This document shows, piece by piece, positions 18,871 to 31,470 of a stretch of DNA of 64,000 bases. Where the stretch lies: the NCBI GenBank assembly GCA_963828255.1, contig CAWHDZ010000027.1, forward strand, positions 1 through 64,000. The letters run 5' to 3'. The translations under genes and the position numbers were made by a program. The stretch is from an uncultured delta proteobacterium (lineage in GTDB: Bacteria > Myxococcota > Myxococcia > Myxococcales > Anaeromyxobacteraceae). The notes under the pieces were generated by a model. It made no database searches and had not been told where the DNA came from. It was given only the letters and a program-made list of their open reading frames with translations. Every line of letters begins with the position of its first letter. Within the stretch, counting starts at the first letter, position 1.

Positions 18871-20247
18871 TCACATTCCGGAAGGCATGCCGGTCGCGGC
18901 GGGCACGGCGGCTGGCTGGGGGGAGGCGCCCGATGCGCCGGCGCGTCCGCTGGTGGCCGCCGCGGCGACTCCCGGCATCGAGCCTCCGGCGGCGCCGCCG
19001 GAGGGACCGGCCGGCGGGGCCAGGCTCACCTCGCGATCGGCGATGTCGATCCTCTGCGCCGTCGCCAGCGCGTCCAGGTAGCCGCCCTCGTCGACGACCA
19101 GGCCGCGCAGCACCTCGAGCACCGACGGGAAGGTCACCTTGCCCACCCGGTACTGGGCCAGGGTGGAGAGGACCGCTGCGTCCGACTGCACGAGGATGCC
19201 GCCACGGAAGAGGTCGAGCGTCTCCAGGGCCGCGGAGAGCAGCGCCCGGCGCTCCTGCGCGCGCAGCTGGACCAGCTGGCGGACCGCGTCCTCGCCGCGC
19301 AGGTCGGCCTCGCGGCGCGCCTGGCTCTCCTCCACGCCGCGGGCCTGCTTGGTCGCGCCCCAGACCGGGAGCGTGATCCCCAGCTGCACCGTCCACATGG
19401 GCTCGATCTGCCCCCGCGGCATCACGCCGGCCGTGACGGCGAGGTCGGGGAACCAGTCCTTCCTCGCCGAGTCGACGCGCCGGTCAGCGGCCACCACGGC
19501 GAGCCCGGCGATGGCCAGGTCGGGGCTGCGCCGCTCGGCGTCGGCCACGGCCTCTGCGGCGTTGCGGAGCACCGGATCGGTGAACGACGCCAGCGGCCGC
19601 GGTGTGGCCACGGGCTCGTCGAGCGGGCGCACCCGGAGCCGGTTCAGCGCCTGCAACCGGGTTCGCTCCTCCCCCTCGATGGCGACGCGCCGCTGCCTGA
19701 GCCGGGTTCGCTCGAGCTGGGCGCGCAGGAGATCGGACTGCGTCCCCTGGCCGACCTCGTAGCGGGTCCGGGCCATCGCCTCGGCCTCGGCCCAGAGCAC
19801 CTCCAGCTTGGCGAGCAGCGCGAGCTGGCCACGGACGACGAGCAGGTCCACGTAGGCCCGCTCCACCTCCGCCGTGATGGCGAGCCGGAGCCTCGCCGTC
19901 TCCCCGCCTGCGACGCCCGCCTGGGCGCGCACCGTGGCCGCGCGCGCCGAGAGCTTGCCGGGCCAGGGAACCGGCTGCGTCAGCATCACCTGCCAGTACG
20001 AGGTCTCCATGGTCCCGATCTGGATCGACTGGAAGCCGTCGTTCTGGATGCCCAGCGTCAGGGTGGGATCGGGGAGCGACGAAATCTGGGGCACGCGGGC
20101 CATCTCGGCCCGGGTGGTCGCGTCGGCGCGGGAGACCTCGGGGCTGTTCGAGAGCGCCTCCTGCACGAGGGCCGCCACCGCGGGATCGGATGCGAGGGGC
20201 GAGGGCGAGGGAGCCGCCAGGGCGAGCGAGGCGAGGAGGGCGAGCAT
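18871..20247 (-). CDS. TolC-family outer-membrane efflux protein
   Basis: Signal peptide; LPDP, QPVPWPGKL and RYEVGQGTQSDLLRAQLE motifs; first gene of the cus operon. Confidence 0.88.
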   Translation of the reverse strand: MLALLASLALAAPSPSPLASDPAVAALVQEALSNSPEVSRADATTRAEMARVPQISSLPDPTLTLGIQNDGFQSIQIGTMETSYWQVMLTQPVPWPGKLSARAATVRAQAGVAGGETARLRLAITAEVERAYVDLLVVRGQLALLAKLEVLWAEAEAMARTRYEVGQGTQSDLLRAQLERTRLRQRRVAIEGEERTRLQALNRLRVRPLDEPVATPRPLASFTDPVLRNAAEAVADAERRSPDLAIAGLAVVAADRRVDSARKDWFPDLAVTAGVMPRGQIEPMWTVQLGITLPVWGATKQARGVEESQARREADLRGEDAVRQLVQLRAQERRALLSAALETLDLFRGGILVQSDAAVLSTLAQYRVGKVTFPSVLEVLRGLVVDEGGYLDALATAQRIDIADREVSLAPPAGPSGGAAGGSMPGVAAAATSGRAGASGASPQPAAVPAATGMPSGM

Positions 20248-20263
20248 GGGTACCCGGCACGAG

Positions 20264-20279
20264 AGCAGCAAGCATGCCG
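20264..20279 (-). promoter_or_regulatory. Putative sigma-54 (-24/-12) promoter of the cus operon
   Basis: Minus strand CGGCATGCTTGCTGCT is GG-N10-GC; the divergent operon encodes an NtrC-type activator. Confidence 0.55.
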
Positions 20280-20364
20280 TGCCTGGCAGGTCGCCCTCCT
20301 CCCTCAACCGGAAGGAAATCCAGCAAGTTGGGCTGGCTGGTCGGGCACGCGAACGCGACACGGA

Positions 20365-20401
20365 GTCACCATCTGGATTACAGTGTGACCACGAGGGTTA
20401 C
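20365..20401. promoter_or_regulatory. Putative tandem enhancer (UAS) for the NtrC-type regulator
   Basis: GTCAC-N7-ATTAC and GTGAC-N7-GTTAC imperfect palindromes with a 20-bp period. Confidence 0.45.
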
Positions 20402-20404
20402 GAT

Positions 20405-23253
<2,849 letters not shown>

Positions 23254-23346
23254 CCCCGGGGACGGGATCGCCCCCGAAGGGTTGCACTCGAGCCCGATCC
23301 CGTCTAGATCGGCCAATCGACCCGTTGCCGTCCGGAGGATCCACCG

Positions 23347-23796
23347 ATGCGAACCCTCTCCCTCGTCCTGCTGCTCGCCGTGCTCGCCCCCGCCTCCGTC
23401 CAGGCCGAATCAGCGGCCACGTCGGGGAAGAAGGCCACCAAGGCGAAGTTCGACCCGGCCACCGTCGTGACGATCGCGGGGACGGTCCTGGGCGAGCAGC
23501 GGGTGGACACCGGCAAGGGGCCCAAGGCGGTCCGGCTCGTGATCAAGGTTGGGGAGCAGCAGGTCTCGGTCCAGCTGGGTCCGGATTCCTACGTGGACGG
23601 GCAGAAGACCCGGTTCGGCGCCGGCGACCAGGTGTCGGTCAAGGGGTCGAAGTTCACCTACGGCGACAAGTACGGCCTCATCGCCCAGGCGGTGACCCGC
23701 GGCTCGGACACCGTCGTGTTCCGCGACCCGAAGGGCAAGCCGGTCTGGAAGGTCGCCTCCCAGGGACAGGCCCCGGGCTCCGCCGACCGCAGCTGA
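23347..23796 (+). CDS. Exported OB-fold-like hypothetical protein (MamS/MamX-domain-like)
   Basis: GGAGG RBS, signal peptide, DPATVVTIAGTV..VQLGP..GDQVSVKGS..FRDPKGKPVW. Confidence 0.6.
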   Translation: MRTLSLVLLLAVLAPASVQAESAATSGKKATKAKFDPATVVTIAGTVLGEQRVDTGKGPKAVRLVIKVGEQQVSVQLGPDSYVDGQKTRFGAGDQVSVKGSKFTYGDKYGLIAQAVTRGSDTVVFRDPKGKPVWKVASQGQAPGSADRS

Positions 23797-23800
23797 ACCG

Positions 23801-24211
23801 CTACAGCCCCCGGGCCCAGGCCGCGAGAAGCGCCTTGTCGGCGCCGCTGAGCTTCGCCTCGGGGTGGGCGGCGACGTAGAGCGAGGGCGGCATCGCCCCC
23901 TTCTCGATCTCCTTGGCGAGCTCCTTGCGGGCGCGCTCCGCCTGCTTCGGTCCCCAGTCGGAGAGGTTGAACTCCTCCCTCCCTTCCTTCACGTCGTGCG
24001 CGACGTACCAGGAGAGCGGGGCCACGTAGGCCTGCAGCGGCCAGATCGTCTCGTGCGAGTGGCAGTCGAAGCAGGCGCGCCTGAGGATGCTCGCCACCTC
24101 CGCCGGCGCGGCGACCGCCGAGACCACGGGCGGGTTCGTCCGGGCGACCGGGATGAGCTGGATTGCGAAGAGCGCCACCACGAGGGGGACGAGGATCCGG
24201 GACCATTTCAT
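23801..24211 (-). CDS. Heme-binding domain (Haem_bd) c-type cytochrome
   Basis: [26 protein letters not shown]. Confidence 0.85.
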   Translation of the reverse strand: MKWSRILVPLVVALFAIQLIPVARTNPPVVSAVAAPAEVASILRRACFDCHSHETIWPLQAYVAPLSWYVAHDVKEGREEFNLSDWGPKQAERARKELAKEIEKGAMPPSLYVAAHPEAKLSGADKALLAAWARGL

Positions 24212-24293
24212 CCCCCGAGGCAATCACAGGACCTGGCGGCGCGCGAGCCCCCCTGCCGGGGGAGAGGGGTGGCCATCCCAGACCGGGCGGGCA

Positions 24294-24395
24294 TTTACAC
24301 CGTTTACTTTTCACCGGGGGGTCGGTGCTGGATCCTTTTCTACAAGCCCCTTCCGAGAACGGGACAGGATACCTCCTTCCTCTTACAACCTTTAC
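24294..24395 (+). promoter_or_regulatory. Two putative RamB/ScfR-type operator sites upstream of aceA
   Basis: TTTACACCGTTTAC (24294-24307) and CTTACAACCTTTAC (24382-24395). Confidence 0.45.
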
Positions 24396-24413
24396 TCCAC
24401 CGAGGAGAGCCCC

Positions 24414-26660
24414 ATGGACTTCGAGAAGGAAGTTGCCAATCTTCGTGACTGGTTCGCGAGCCCCCGCTTCGCGGGGCTGAAGCGGGTCCACACCGCGCGC
24501 GAGGTGGCCGAGCAGCGCGGGACCATCCGCCCCGACTACGCCGTCGCCCGCGCCGCCGCGGACGCCTTCCACGCGAGGCTGCGCCAGCTCTTCTCGGAGA
24601 GGAAGTCCATCACCACCTTCGGGCCGTACTCCCCGGGCCAGGCCGTGGCCATGAAGAGGATGGGAATCGAGGGCATCTACCTGGGCGGGTGGGCCACCTC
24701 CGCCAAGGGCTCCTCCCACGAGGATCCGGGCCCCGACCTGGCGAGCTACCCGCTCTCCCAGGTGCCGGACGAGGCGGCGCCCATCGTCCGCGCCCTCCTC
24801 ACCGCCGACCGCAACCAGGCCTTCGCCCGCGCCCGCATGACCGAGGAGCAGCGCCGGGCCACGCCCGAGGTGGACTTCCGCCCCTTCATCATCGCCGACG
24901 CCGACACCGGCCACGGCGGCGACGCCCACGTGCGCAACCTCGTCCGCCGCTTCGTCGAGGTGGGCGTCCCCGGCTACCACATCGAGGACCAGAAGCCCGG
25001 CGTGAAGAAGTGCGGCCATCAGGGCGGCAAGGTGCTGGTCTCCGAGGACGAGCAGGTGAAGCGCCTCTCGGCGGCCCGCTTCCAGCTCGACATCATGGGC
25101 GTGGCGGGCATCATCGTGGCCCGCACGGACGCCGAGTCGGCCACGCTCCTCGACGGGCGCAGCGACGACCGGGACCAGCCCTTCATCCTGGGCGCGGTGA
25201 ACGTCTCCATCCCCACCTTCAAGGCGGCCTTCCTGGCCATGCTCCGCCAGTTCCACGCCGCTGGCGTGGAGGAGCTGTCCGGCCACCTGCTCTACGCCCT
25301 CTGCGACGAGGAGTACGCCGCAGCCGACGCCTGGCTGGCGAAGAGCGGGTTCGCCAAGGCCGTGGACGCGGCCGCCGCCGAGTGCAGGGCCGGGAAGATC
25401 ACCGTCGACGCCGCGCTCGACAAGGTCTTCGACAGGTTCGTGGACGCCTGGCAGCAGGAGGCCGGCATCTGCACCTACGCCGAGGCGGTGGGCAACGTCA
25501 TCGCCTTCCGGCACCACGAGGGCGACCCGCCCTCCATGACCAAGGAGCAGTGGCTCGCCTACGCCGGGAGCATGCCGTTCTTCAAGGCCCGCGAGAAGGC
25601 CCGCCAGATCGGGGTCGACATCACCTGGGACTGCGAGCACGCCAAGACGCCGGACGGCTACTACCAGGTGCGCGGAGGCATCGACTACGCCATCGCCAAG
25701 TCGCTGGCGGCGGCCCCCTTCGCCGACATCCTCTGGATGGAGACCAAGACCGCCGACCTCCACGACGCGAAGAGGTTCGCCGACGCCATCCACGCAGTCT
25801 TCCCCGACAAGATGATGGCCTACAACCTCTCCCCGTCCTTCAACTGGGACACCACCGGGATGAACGACGAGCAGATGCGCGCCTTCCCCATCGAGCTCGG
25901 CAAGATGGGCTTCGTCTTCAACTTCATCACCTACGGTGGACACCAGATCGACGGGCTGGCCTCGGAGGAGTTCGCCACCGCGCTCCGGCAGGACGGCATG
26001 CTGGCCCTGGCCCGGCTGCAGCGGAAGTTCCGGCTCCTCGAGTCGGGCTACCGCACGCCGCAGACCCTGGTGGGCGGACCGCGCGCCGACGCCGGCCTCA
26101 TGTCCATCTCCGGCCGCACCTCCACCACCAAGGCCATGGGGCAGGGCTCCACCCAGCACCAGCACCTGGTGCAGACCGAGGTTCCGCCCAAGCTCCTCGA
26201 GGACTGGGTGGACGCCTGGCGCAAGCACCACGGCGTCACGGAGAAGCTCAAGGTGTCGCTGAAGCCCCGCAGCGCCGGCTCCGACCTGCTCGAGCTCGCG
26301 CTGCTCGGCCCCGACGGAAAGGTCCGGGCCAACGTCGTCTTCGCCGTCATCCAGGACCGCAAGGGGCGCAACATCCTCTCGGTGCGCGACCAGAACAACT
26401 TCGACCTGGCGCTCCGGAAGAAGCGGCTCATGACCCTGCTCCAGCTCTTCCTGGTGCACCGCTACAAGATCTACTCGGTGCACTACGTGACCCCGACCGA
26501 GGACAACCAGCGGCAGGCCGAGGGCATGAAGCGCCAGGGGATCTTCGGCCTGGTGAACGAGGAGGTCGGCGAGATCATCGTCGCCGACGTCTCCCAGGAC
26601 CGGGTGAAGGAGCTGCTCTCCGCCGACAAGATCGCGCTCCAGAACCTGATCGCCGCCTGA
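24414..26660 (+). CDS. aceA: Isocitrate lyase, long ICL2-type
   Basis: [45 protein letters not shown] and [10 protein letters not shown] motifs; extra C-terminal domain. Confidence 0.95.
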   Translation: MDFEKEVANLRDWFASPRFAGLKRVHTAREVAEQRGTIRPDYAVARAAADAFHARLRQLFSERKSITTFGPYSPGQAVAMKRMGIEGIYLGGWATSAKGSSHEDPGPDLASYPLSQVPDEAAPIVRALLTADRNQAFARARMTEEQRRATPEVDFRPFIIADADTGHGGDAHVRNLVRRFVEVGVPGYHIEDQKPGVKKCGHQGGKVLVSEDEQVKRLSAARFQLDIMGVAGIIVARTDAESATLLDGRSDDRDQPFILGAVNVSIPTFKAAFLAMLRQFHAAGVEELSGHLLYALCDEEYAAADAWLAKSGFAKAVDAAAAECRAGKITVDAALDKVFDRFVDAWQQEAGICTYAEAVGNVIAFRHHEGDPPSMTKEQWLAYAGSMPFFKAREKARQIGVDITWDCEHAKTPDGYYQVRGGIDYAIAKSLAAAPFADILWMETKTADLHDAKRFADAIHAVFPDKMMAYNLSPSFNWDTTGMNDEQMRAFPIELGKMGFVFNFITYGGHQIDGLASEEFATALRQDGMLALARLQRKFRLLESGYRTPQTLVGGPRADAGLMSISGRTSTTKAMGQGSTQHQHLVQTEVPPKLLEDWVDAWRKHHGVTEKLKVSLKPRSAGSDLLELALLGPDGKVRANVVFAVIQDRKGRNILSVRDQNNFDLALRKKRLMTLLQLFLVHRYKIYSVHYVTPTEDNQRQAEGMKRQGIFGLVNEEVGEIIVADVSQDRVKELLSADKIALQNLIAA

Positions 26661-26675
26661 AGGGAGCCCACACAC

Positions 26676-28979
26676 ATGATCCGCGCCGACGTCCTCCAGC
26701 AGTTCCCCTCCATCTTCGGCAAGCAGACCGTCAACGGGCGCGTGCTCGACGTGGACGAGACCATCACCCTCCTCTCACGGGAGATCGACCCTGCCATCGC
26801 GGACGCGCTGGCCGCGCGCCGGGCCATCCTGGCGGCGCCCGCACCCGTGGCCGGGAAGTACGCCTGGCCCTCCTGGGACGAGAGCTTCGAGGACCCGATC
26901 TCCGGGAAGCCCTGGACGTACCGGCAGATCGTGCAGGGGCTGGTGGACAACTTCCTCGGCCGCGAGACCCCCTGGCGGTGGCGGATGAACGACCAGGTTG
27001 CCATCCCCGACCACGTTCACCCCGGGAAGATCGCCGGACTGGAGCTGACCGGCCCGTGGGCCCCCCTCGACATGGCGTTCAACGCGCTCAACAGCCCCGC
27101 GCCCATGAACATGCCGGACTTCGAGGACGCCTCGCCTCCGCACTTCCACCCGGAGAGCGCGCCGGCCAGCGAGCCGGTGGGCGTCTTCGCGGCCATGCAG
27201 AACGCCAAGGAGATCTTCGCGGGCAAGTGGGACACGAAGCCGTACGAGGTGGTGAAGAAGGGCAAGACCCGCAGCTACCGGATCGATCGGCCCCCGGCGC
27301 AGTGGCCCACGCGGCTGGCCCGCCCGCCCAGCATCCACCTGCGCTACGACCACGTCACCGTCGACGGCAAGCCGGCGCCCGGCCTCGTGGTCATCACCGT
27401 CCTCTGGGTGCTCAACAACTTCGACGCGCTGAAGCGCGCCGGCAGCGGCACCTACTTCTACATCCCCAAGATGCAGACGCCGCGCGAGGCGCTCATCGTC
27501 GAGCGGCTCCTGGCCCGCATCGAGGAGCTCGTGGGGGTCCCCGCCGGCACCATCAAGACCAAGATGCTCTACGAGGAGGGCATGGCCGGCCGCTACCTGC
27601 CGGCCATCGCCTGGACCTTCCGGCGCCGCCTGCTCGGCACCAACGTGGGGCGCTGGGACTACCTGGGCAGCCTCATCGAGATGTGGAAGGACGACCCCAG
27701 GGGCATCTTCCCCGATCCCCAGTCGGTGGGGATGGCCACGCCCAACATGATCGCCTACCAGCGCTACAACGCGCTGCTCATGACCATGGCGGGCATGAAG
27801 GACGGCGCGCTCACCAACGCCTCTCCCATCGGCGGCATGGCGGCCGTCATGATCTACCAGCAGGGCGATCCCTACGGCCGGGCCCGCTACAACCCGCTGG
27901 CGCTCCGCGCCATGGTGGTGGACAAGCTGCGCGAGCGGCTCCTCGGCCTCACCTTCGTCCCCGACGCGGCGCTCCCCGCCGGCGCGCGCCCCACGCTGGC
28001 CGAGATCCTCGACGGCAAGGTGACGGGGCGTCTCTACGACGCCTACCGGCAGAGCTGGGTGGCGAGCCCCGAGGTCGAGTACGTCGCCGCCGGCAACGGC
28101 CCGCTCCAGGCCAGGCTCGGAGAGCTGCAGTCCCTGGTGGACCGTCCGCTCGAGACCGCCGACGTGGCCGGCCGCGCCGTGCCCACCGTGCCCTCCGGCC
28201 TCTCCCCGGCCGAGCGGGAGCTGCTCCAGTCGCGCGGGGTCCTCGACGCCGCCGGCCGGATCACCCCGGTGGCGCTCTCCCGCGAGTCGATCGACGCGCC
28301 GGAGAAGCTGCTGTCGCCCGGGCTCTGGGACGCCATCTACCAGGTTCCGAAGGGGGACGTGACCATCGAGCACGTCCAGCACTCGCTCTACATGGCGGCC
28401 AACTACGGCTTCCAGATCCTGAACGGAAACTTCGCCGCCGCCATCGACGACTACGAGCTGAAGCTGCGCTTCATGAACGACCTGGCCACCTACCGCATCT
28501 ACGTGTCGTGGCTCTGGTCGCTGGCCCACCACGAGGCGCCGGTCACGAAGGACGGTAATCTATTGCAGCAGGAGCTCACCGGGGACGGCGTGGTGCTCGG
28601 CAAGCTGGCCGAGCCGGTCAAGGCCGGAACCCGGCTCGACCGGGCCCTCTTCGACAAGGTCTTCGCCTACCACGACGAGTGGACGGCGGCCTTCTTCGCC
28701 GAGCAGGACAGGGGCGGCGCACCGGGACGCTTCGACCGCAGCAAGGCCCCGGTGATCATGGACCTGCTGCGGCGCCAGCTGCTCTCCCCCCGCTACGTGC
28801 AGCACAGCGCGCGCGTGCTCTTCGTGGTCGGGCAGGCCAAGCCGGCGCTCCACGGGCAGATCCTCGAGGCCATCTTCGACCTGTCCCGCGAGGAGGTCGT
28901 CGGCCGCGTGCGGGCCGGAAAGATGGACCGGGCCGCGCTCGAGGCCCACGACTACTGCCTGGACCTGCCGCCGGCCTAG
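26676..28979 (+). CDS. Malate synthase (divergent, 767 aa)
   Basis: ELTGP, MPDFEDA, YFYIPK, NVGRWDY, IGGMAA and MNDLATYRI motifs; directly after aceA. Confidence 0.88.
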   Translation: MIRADVLQQFPSIFGKQTVNGRVLDVDETITLLSREIDPAIADALAARRAILAAPAPVAGKYAWPSWDESFEDPISGKPWTYRQIVQGLVDNFLGRETPWRWRMNDQVAIPDHVHPGKIAGLELTGPWAPLDMAFNALNSPAPMNMPDFEDASPPHFHPESAPASEPVGVFAAMQNAKEIFAGKWDTKPYEVVKKGKTRSYRIDRPPAQWPTRLARPPSIHLRYDHVTVDGKPAPGLVVITVLWVLNNFDALKRAGSGTYFYIPKMQTPREALIVERLLARIEELVGVPAGTIKTKMLYEEGMAGRYLPAIAWTFRRRLLGTNVGRWDYLGSLIEMWKDDPRGIFPDPQSVGMATPNMIAYQRYNALLMTMAGMKDGALTNASPIGGMAAVMIYQQGDPYGRARYNPLALRAMVVDKLRERLLGLTFVPDAALPAGARPTLAEILDGKVTGRLYDAYRQSWVASPEVEYVAAGNGPLQARLGELQSLVDRPLETADVAGRAVPTVPSGLSPAERELLQSRGVLDAAGRITPVALSRESIDAPEKLLSPGLWDAIYQVPKGDVTIEHVQHSLYMAANYGFQILNGNFAAAIDDYELKLRFMNDLATYRIYVSWLWSLAHHEAPVTKDGNLLQQELTGDGVVLGKLAEPVKAGTRLDRALFDKVFAYHDEWTAAFFAEQDRGGAPGRFDRSKAPVIMDLLRRQLLSPRYVQHSARVLFVVGQAKPALHGQILEAIFDLSREEVVGRVRAGKMDRAALEAHDYCLDLPPA

Positions 28980-28989
28980 TGCCCCGCCC

Positions 28990-29337
28990 CAGGTTGGGGC
29001 TGTTCTGCAGCTGGTTCTTCCTCGCCGCACGGAGCGGGGCCACGGCCTCGGGGAGCAGCACCACCATCGTCATCACCGACAGTGCACAGAGGACGGCCAG
29101 CGCGGCGCTGGCGCCGCGCACCTGGAAGCCCTGCTCGTGGTGGCGCACCCCGCCGGCCAGCAGGCAGAGCCCGACGATCCCGTTGGCGGTGATCATGACG
29201 GCGGCGACGACGACGAGCATGAGCACGCCTGCGGCAAAAGCGCGCACGACCGGATGGGGGAGCACGACGGCGAGTGCCAGCACGGCCACCGCGGCGGCGG
29301 GGATGCTCAACGTCCATGCGGGGTTGGTCTTCGTCAT
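28990..29337 (-). pseudogene. chaA: Ca2+/H+ antiporter (ChaA-like) remnant with large internal deletions
   Basis: N-terminal TM fused directly to MITANGIVGLCLLAGGVRHHEQGF, then to LLPEAVA..RAARKNQLQNS.NL. Confidence 0.8.
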
Positions 29338-29475
29338 GCGCGGCCGGAATCCCGTCGATGTGGGGAAGTCACACCTTTAGTCAATTCTCATACTTATGTC
29401 CTGCCCGATCGAGTTCTTGAATCGCGCCCGGCACGGCCGCACACTCGAACTGTCCCGAGCACAAGGGGGTCCGTC

Positions 29476-29970
29476 ATGCACTTCGCCCAACCCGCAGCGC
29501 CCCGCATCGATGTCACCAAGGGCATGGGTGCGCTCTTCTGGCGCCCCGACCTGTCCACCGGCATCCGCGAGATCGACCTGCAGCACGAGGAGCTCCTCGC
29601 CAACGTCTCCGCGCTCCGTGAGGCGGCGCGCACCGGAAACCTGGGCCTGGCCGAGGGAGTGCTCGGCTGCCTGGAGCGCTACGCCGCCGAGCACTTCGCC
29701 ACCGAGGAGCGCGTCATGTGGGGGGCCGGCTATCCCGGCCTCGACGCCCACTGGTCCCTCCACCTCTCCTTCGCGACCGAGCTGGCACGTCGGAAGGGCG
29801 AGTACGCGGCGAGCCGGTCGAGGGCATCCCTCCTCCTCGACCTGGGGCGCTGGATGGAGCGGTGGCTCGAGGAGCACCTGCTCGGGGCCGACGCCGAGAT
29901 GGCGAGATTCCTCCGCGGCCAGGTCAGCGGGACCGGGACGACGGCATCCCGCCGACACGACCGGCCCTGA
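29476..29970 (+). CDS. Bacteriohemerythrin
   Basis: W..LSTGIREIDLQH, EHFATEERVM, HWSLH and EEHLLGAD motifs. Alternative start at 29524. Confidence 0.88.
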   Translation: MHFAQPAAPRIDVTKGMGALFWRPDLSTGIREIDLQHEELLANVSALREAARTGNLGLAEGVLGCLERYAAEHFATEERVMWGAGYPGLDAHWSLHLSFATELARRKGEYAASRSRASLLLDLGRWMERWLEEHLLGADAEMARFLRGQVSGTGTTASRRHDRP

Positions 29971-30087
29971 CGGGGCTCGCCCGGAAGGGACGACGACCTG
30001 GCCCGGTTCGTCCGGGGACGAACGTCGGCGGCCCAGCCGGTCGAGCCGGGCTGATCCGCTTTCCGGGTGGGCTGATAGGCTCCCCGG

Positions 30088-31470
30088 ATGTCCGGCCTCT
30101 CCGCCACCGTGGGGCGCACCCGCCACGTCTTCGCCGACCTGAAGGACGTCATGGCCAGGGCCTCCCCGCCGCGGTCCGGGGACGATCTGGCCGGCATCTC
30201 GGCCCGCTCGGCCCAGGAGCGGGTGGCGGCGCGCCTGGTCCTTGCCGACCTGCCGCTCTCGCGCTTCCTCGAGGAGCCGCTCGTGCCCTACGACGAGGAC
30301 GAGGTGACCCGTCTCGTCGTCGACGGCCACGACGCCACCGCCTTCGCGCCGGTTCGGGACCTCACCGTGGGCCAGTTCCGGGAGTGGCTGCTCTCCTACG
30401 AGACCGATGCGCCCCGCCTCACCGCGCTGGCCCCCGGCCTCACGCCGGAGATGGTCGCGGCGGTCTCGAAGCTCATGCGCAACCAGGACCTGGTGCTGGC
30501 GGCCCGCAAGTGCCGGGTGACCACCCGTTTCCGCGGCACCATCGGGCTCCCGGGGCGGATCTCGGTCCGGCTGCAGCCCAACCACCCCACCGACGACCCG
30601 GCCGGCATCGCCGCCAGCGTGGTGGACGGCCTGCTGCAGGGGTGCGGCGACGCCTGCATCGGCGTGAACCCCGCCACCGACTCTCCTGCCTCCATGGAGC
30701 GGCTGGTCCGTCAGCTGGCCGAGCTCGTCGATCGCTTCGAGATCCCCACCCAGACCTGCGTGCTGGCCCACGTCACCACCGCGCTCCGGGTCATGGAGCG
30801 TGGCGCACCCGTGGACCTGGTCTTCCAGTCGGTGGGCGGCACCGAGGACGTGAACCGGAGCTTCGGCGTCTCGCTCCCGCTGCTCGCCGAGGCCCGCGAC
30901 GCGGCCCTCTCGCTCGGCCGCGCGGGACCCGGCGGGAACGTCATGTACTTCGAGACCGGGCAGGGGTCGGCGCTGTCGGCCGGCGCCCACCACGGCGTGG
31001 ACCAGCAGACCTGCGAGGCCCGCGCCCACGCCGTCTGCCGGGCCTTCTCCCCGCTGCTGGTGAACTCGGTGGTGGGCTTCATCGGCCCCGAGTACCTCTA
31101 CGACGGCAAGCAGATCCTCCGCGCCGGCCTGGAGGACCACTTCTGCGGCAAGCTCCTCGGCCTGCCCATGGGCGTGGACGTCTGCTACACGAACCACGCC
31201 GAGGCCGACCAGGACGACATGGACGCGCTCCTCACCCTGCTCGGCGCCGCCGGCTGCTCCTTCGTGATGGGGGTGCCCGGGGCCGCCGACGTCATGCTTC
31301 ACTATCAGTCAACAAGCTTCCACGACGTCCAGTACCTGCGCCAGGTCCTGGGCCTGCGCCCGGCGCCGGAGTTCGAGGCCTGGCTGCTGCGCATGGGGAT
31401 CGTGGACGAGGCCCTGCGCCTCCTGCCGGTGACCCGCGGGCACAGGCTGCTCCGGGGGGTGGCGCGGTGA
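30088..31470 (+). CDS. eutB: Ethanolamine ammonia-lyase large subunit
   Basis: RSGDDLAG, RLQPNHPTDD, MYFETGQGS, FIGPEYLY and EDHFCGKL motifs. Confidence 0.97.
   Translation: MSGLSATVGRTRHVFADLKDVMARASPPRSGDDLAGISARSAQERVAARLVLADLPLSRFLEEPLVPYDEDEVTRLVVDGHDATAFAPVRDLTVGQFREWLLSYETDAPRLTALAPGLTPEMVAAVSKLMRNQDLVLAARKCRVTTRFRGTIGLPGRISVRLQPNHPTDDPAGIAASVVDGLLQGCGDACIGVNPATDSPASMERLVRQLAELVDRFEIPTQTCVLAHVTTALRVMERGAPVDLVFQSVGGTEDVNRSFGVSLPLLAEARDAALSLGRAGPGGNVMYFETGQGSALSAGAHHGVDQQTCEARAHAVCRAFSPLLVNSVVGFIGPEYLYDGKQILRAGLEDHFCGKLLGLPMGVDVCYTNHAEADQDDMDALLTLLGAAGCSFVMGVPGAADVMLHYQSTSFHDVQYLRQVLGLRPAPEFEAWLLRMGIVDEALRLLPVTRGHRLLRGVAR

Noticed and set aside
23347..23796. Magnetosome gene
   Set aside because: It has only a generic MamS/MamX-like OB-fold resemblance, and no other mam genes are present.
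29359..29373. CRP/FNR-like site TGTGG-GGAAG-TCACA
   Set aside because: The spacer is 5 nt rather than 6 and one half-site is imperfect.
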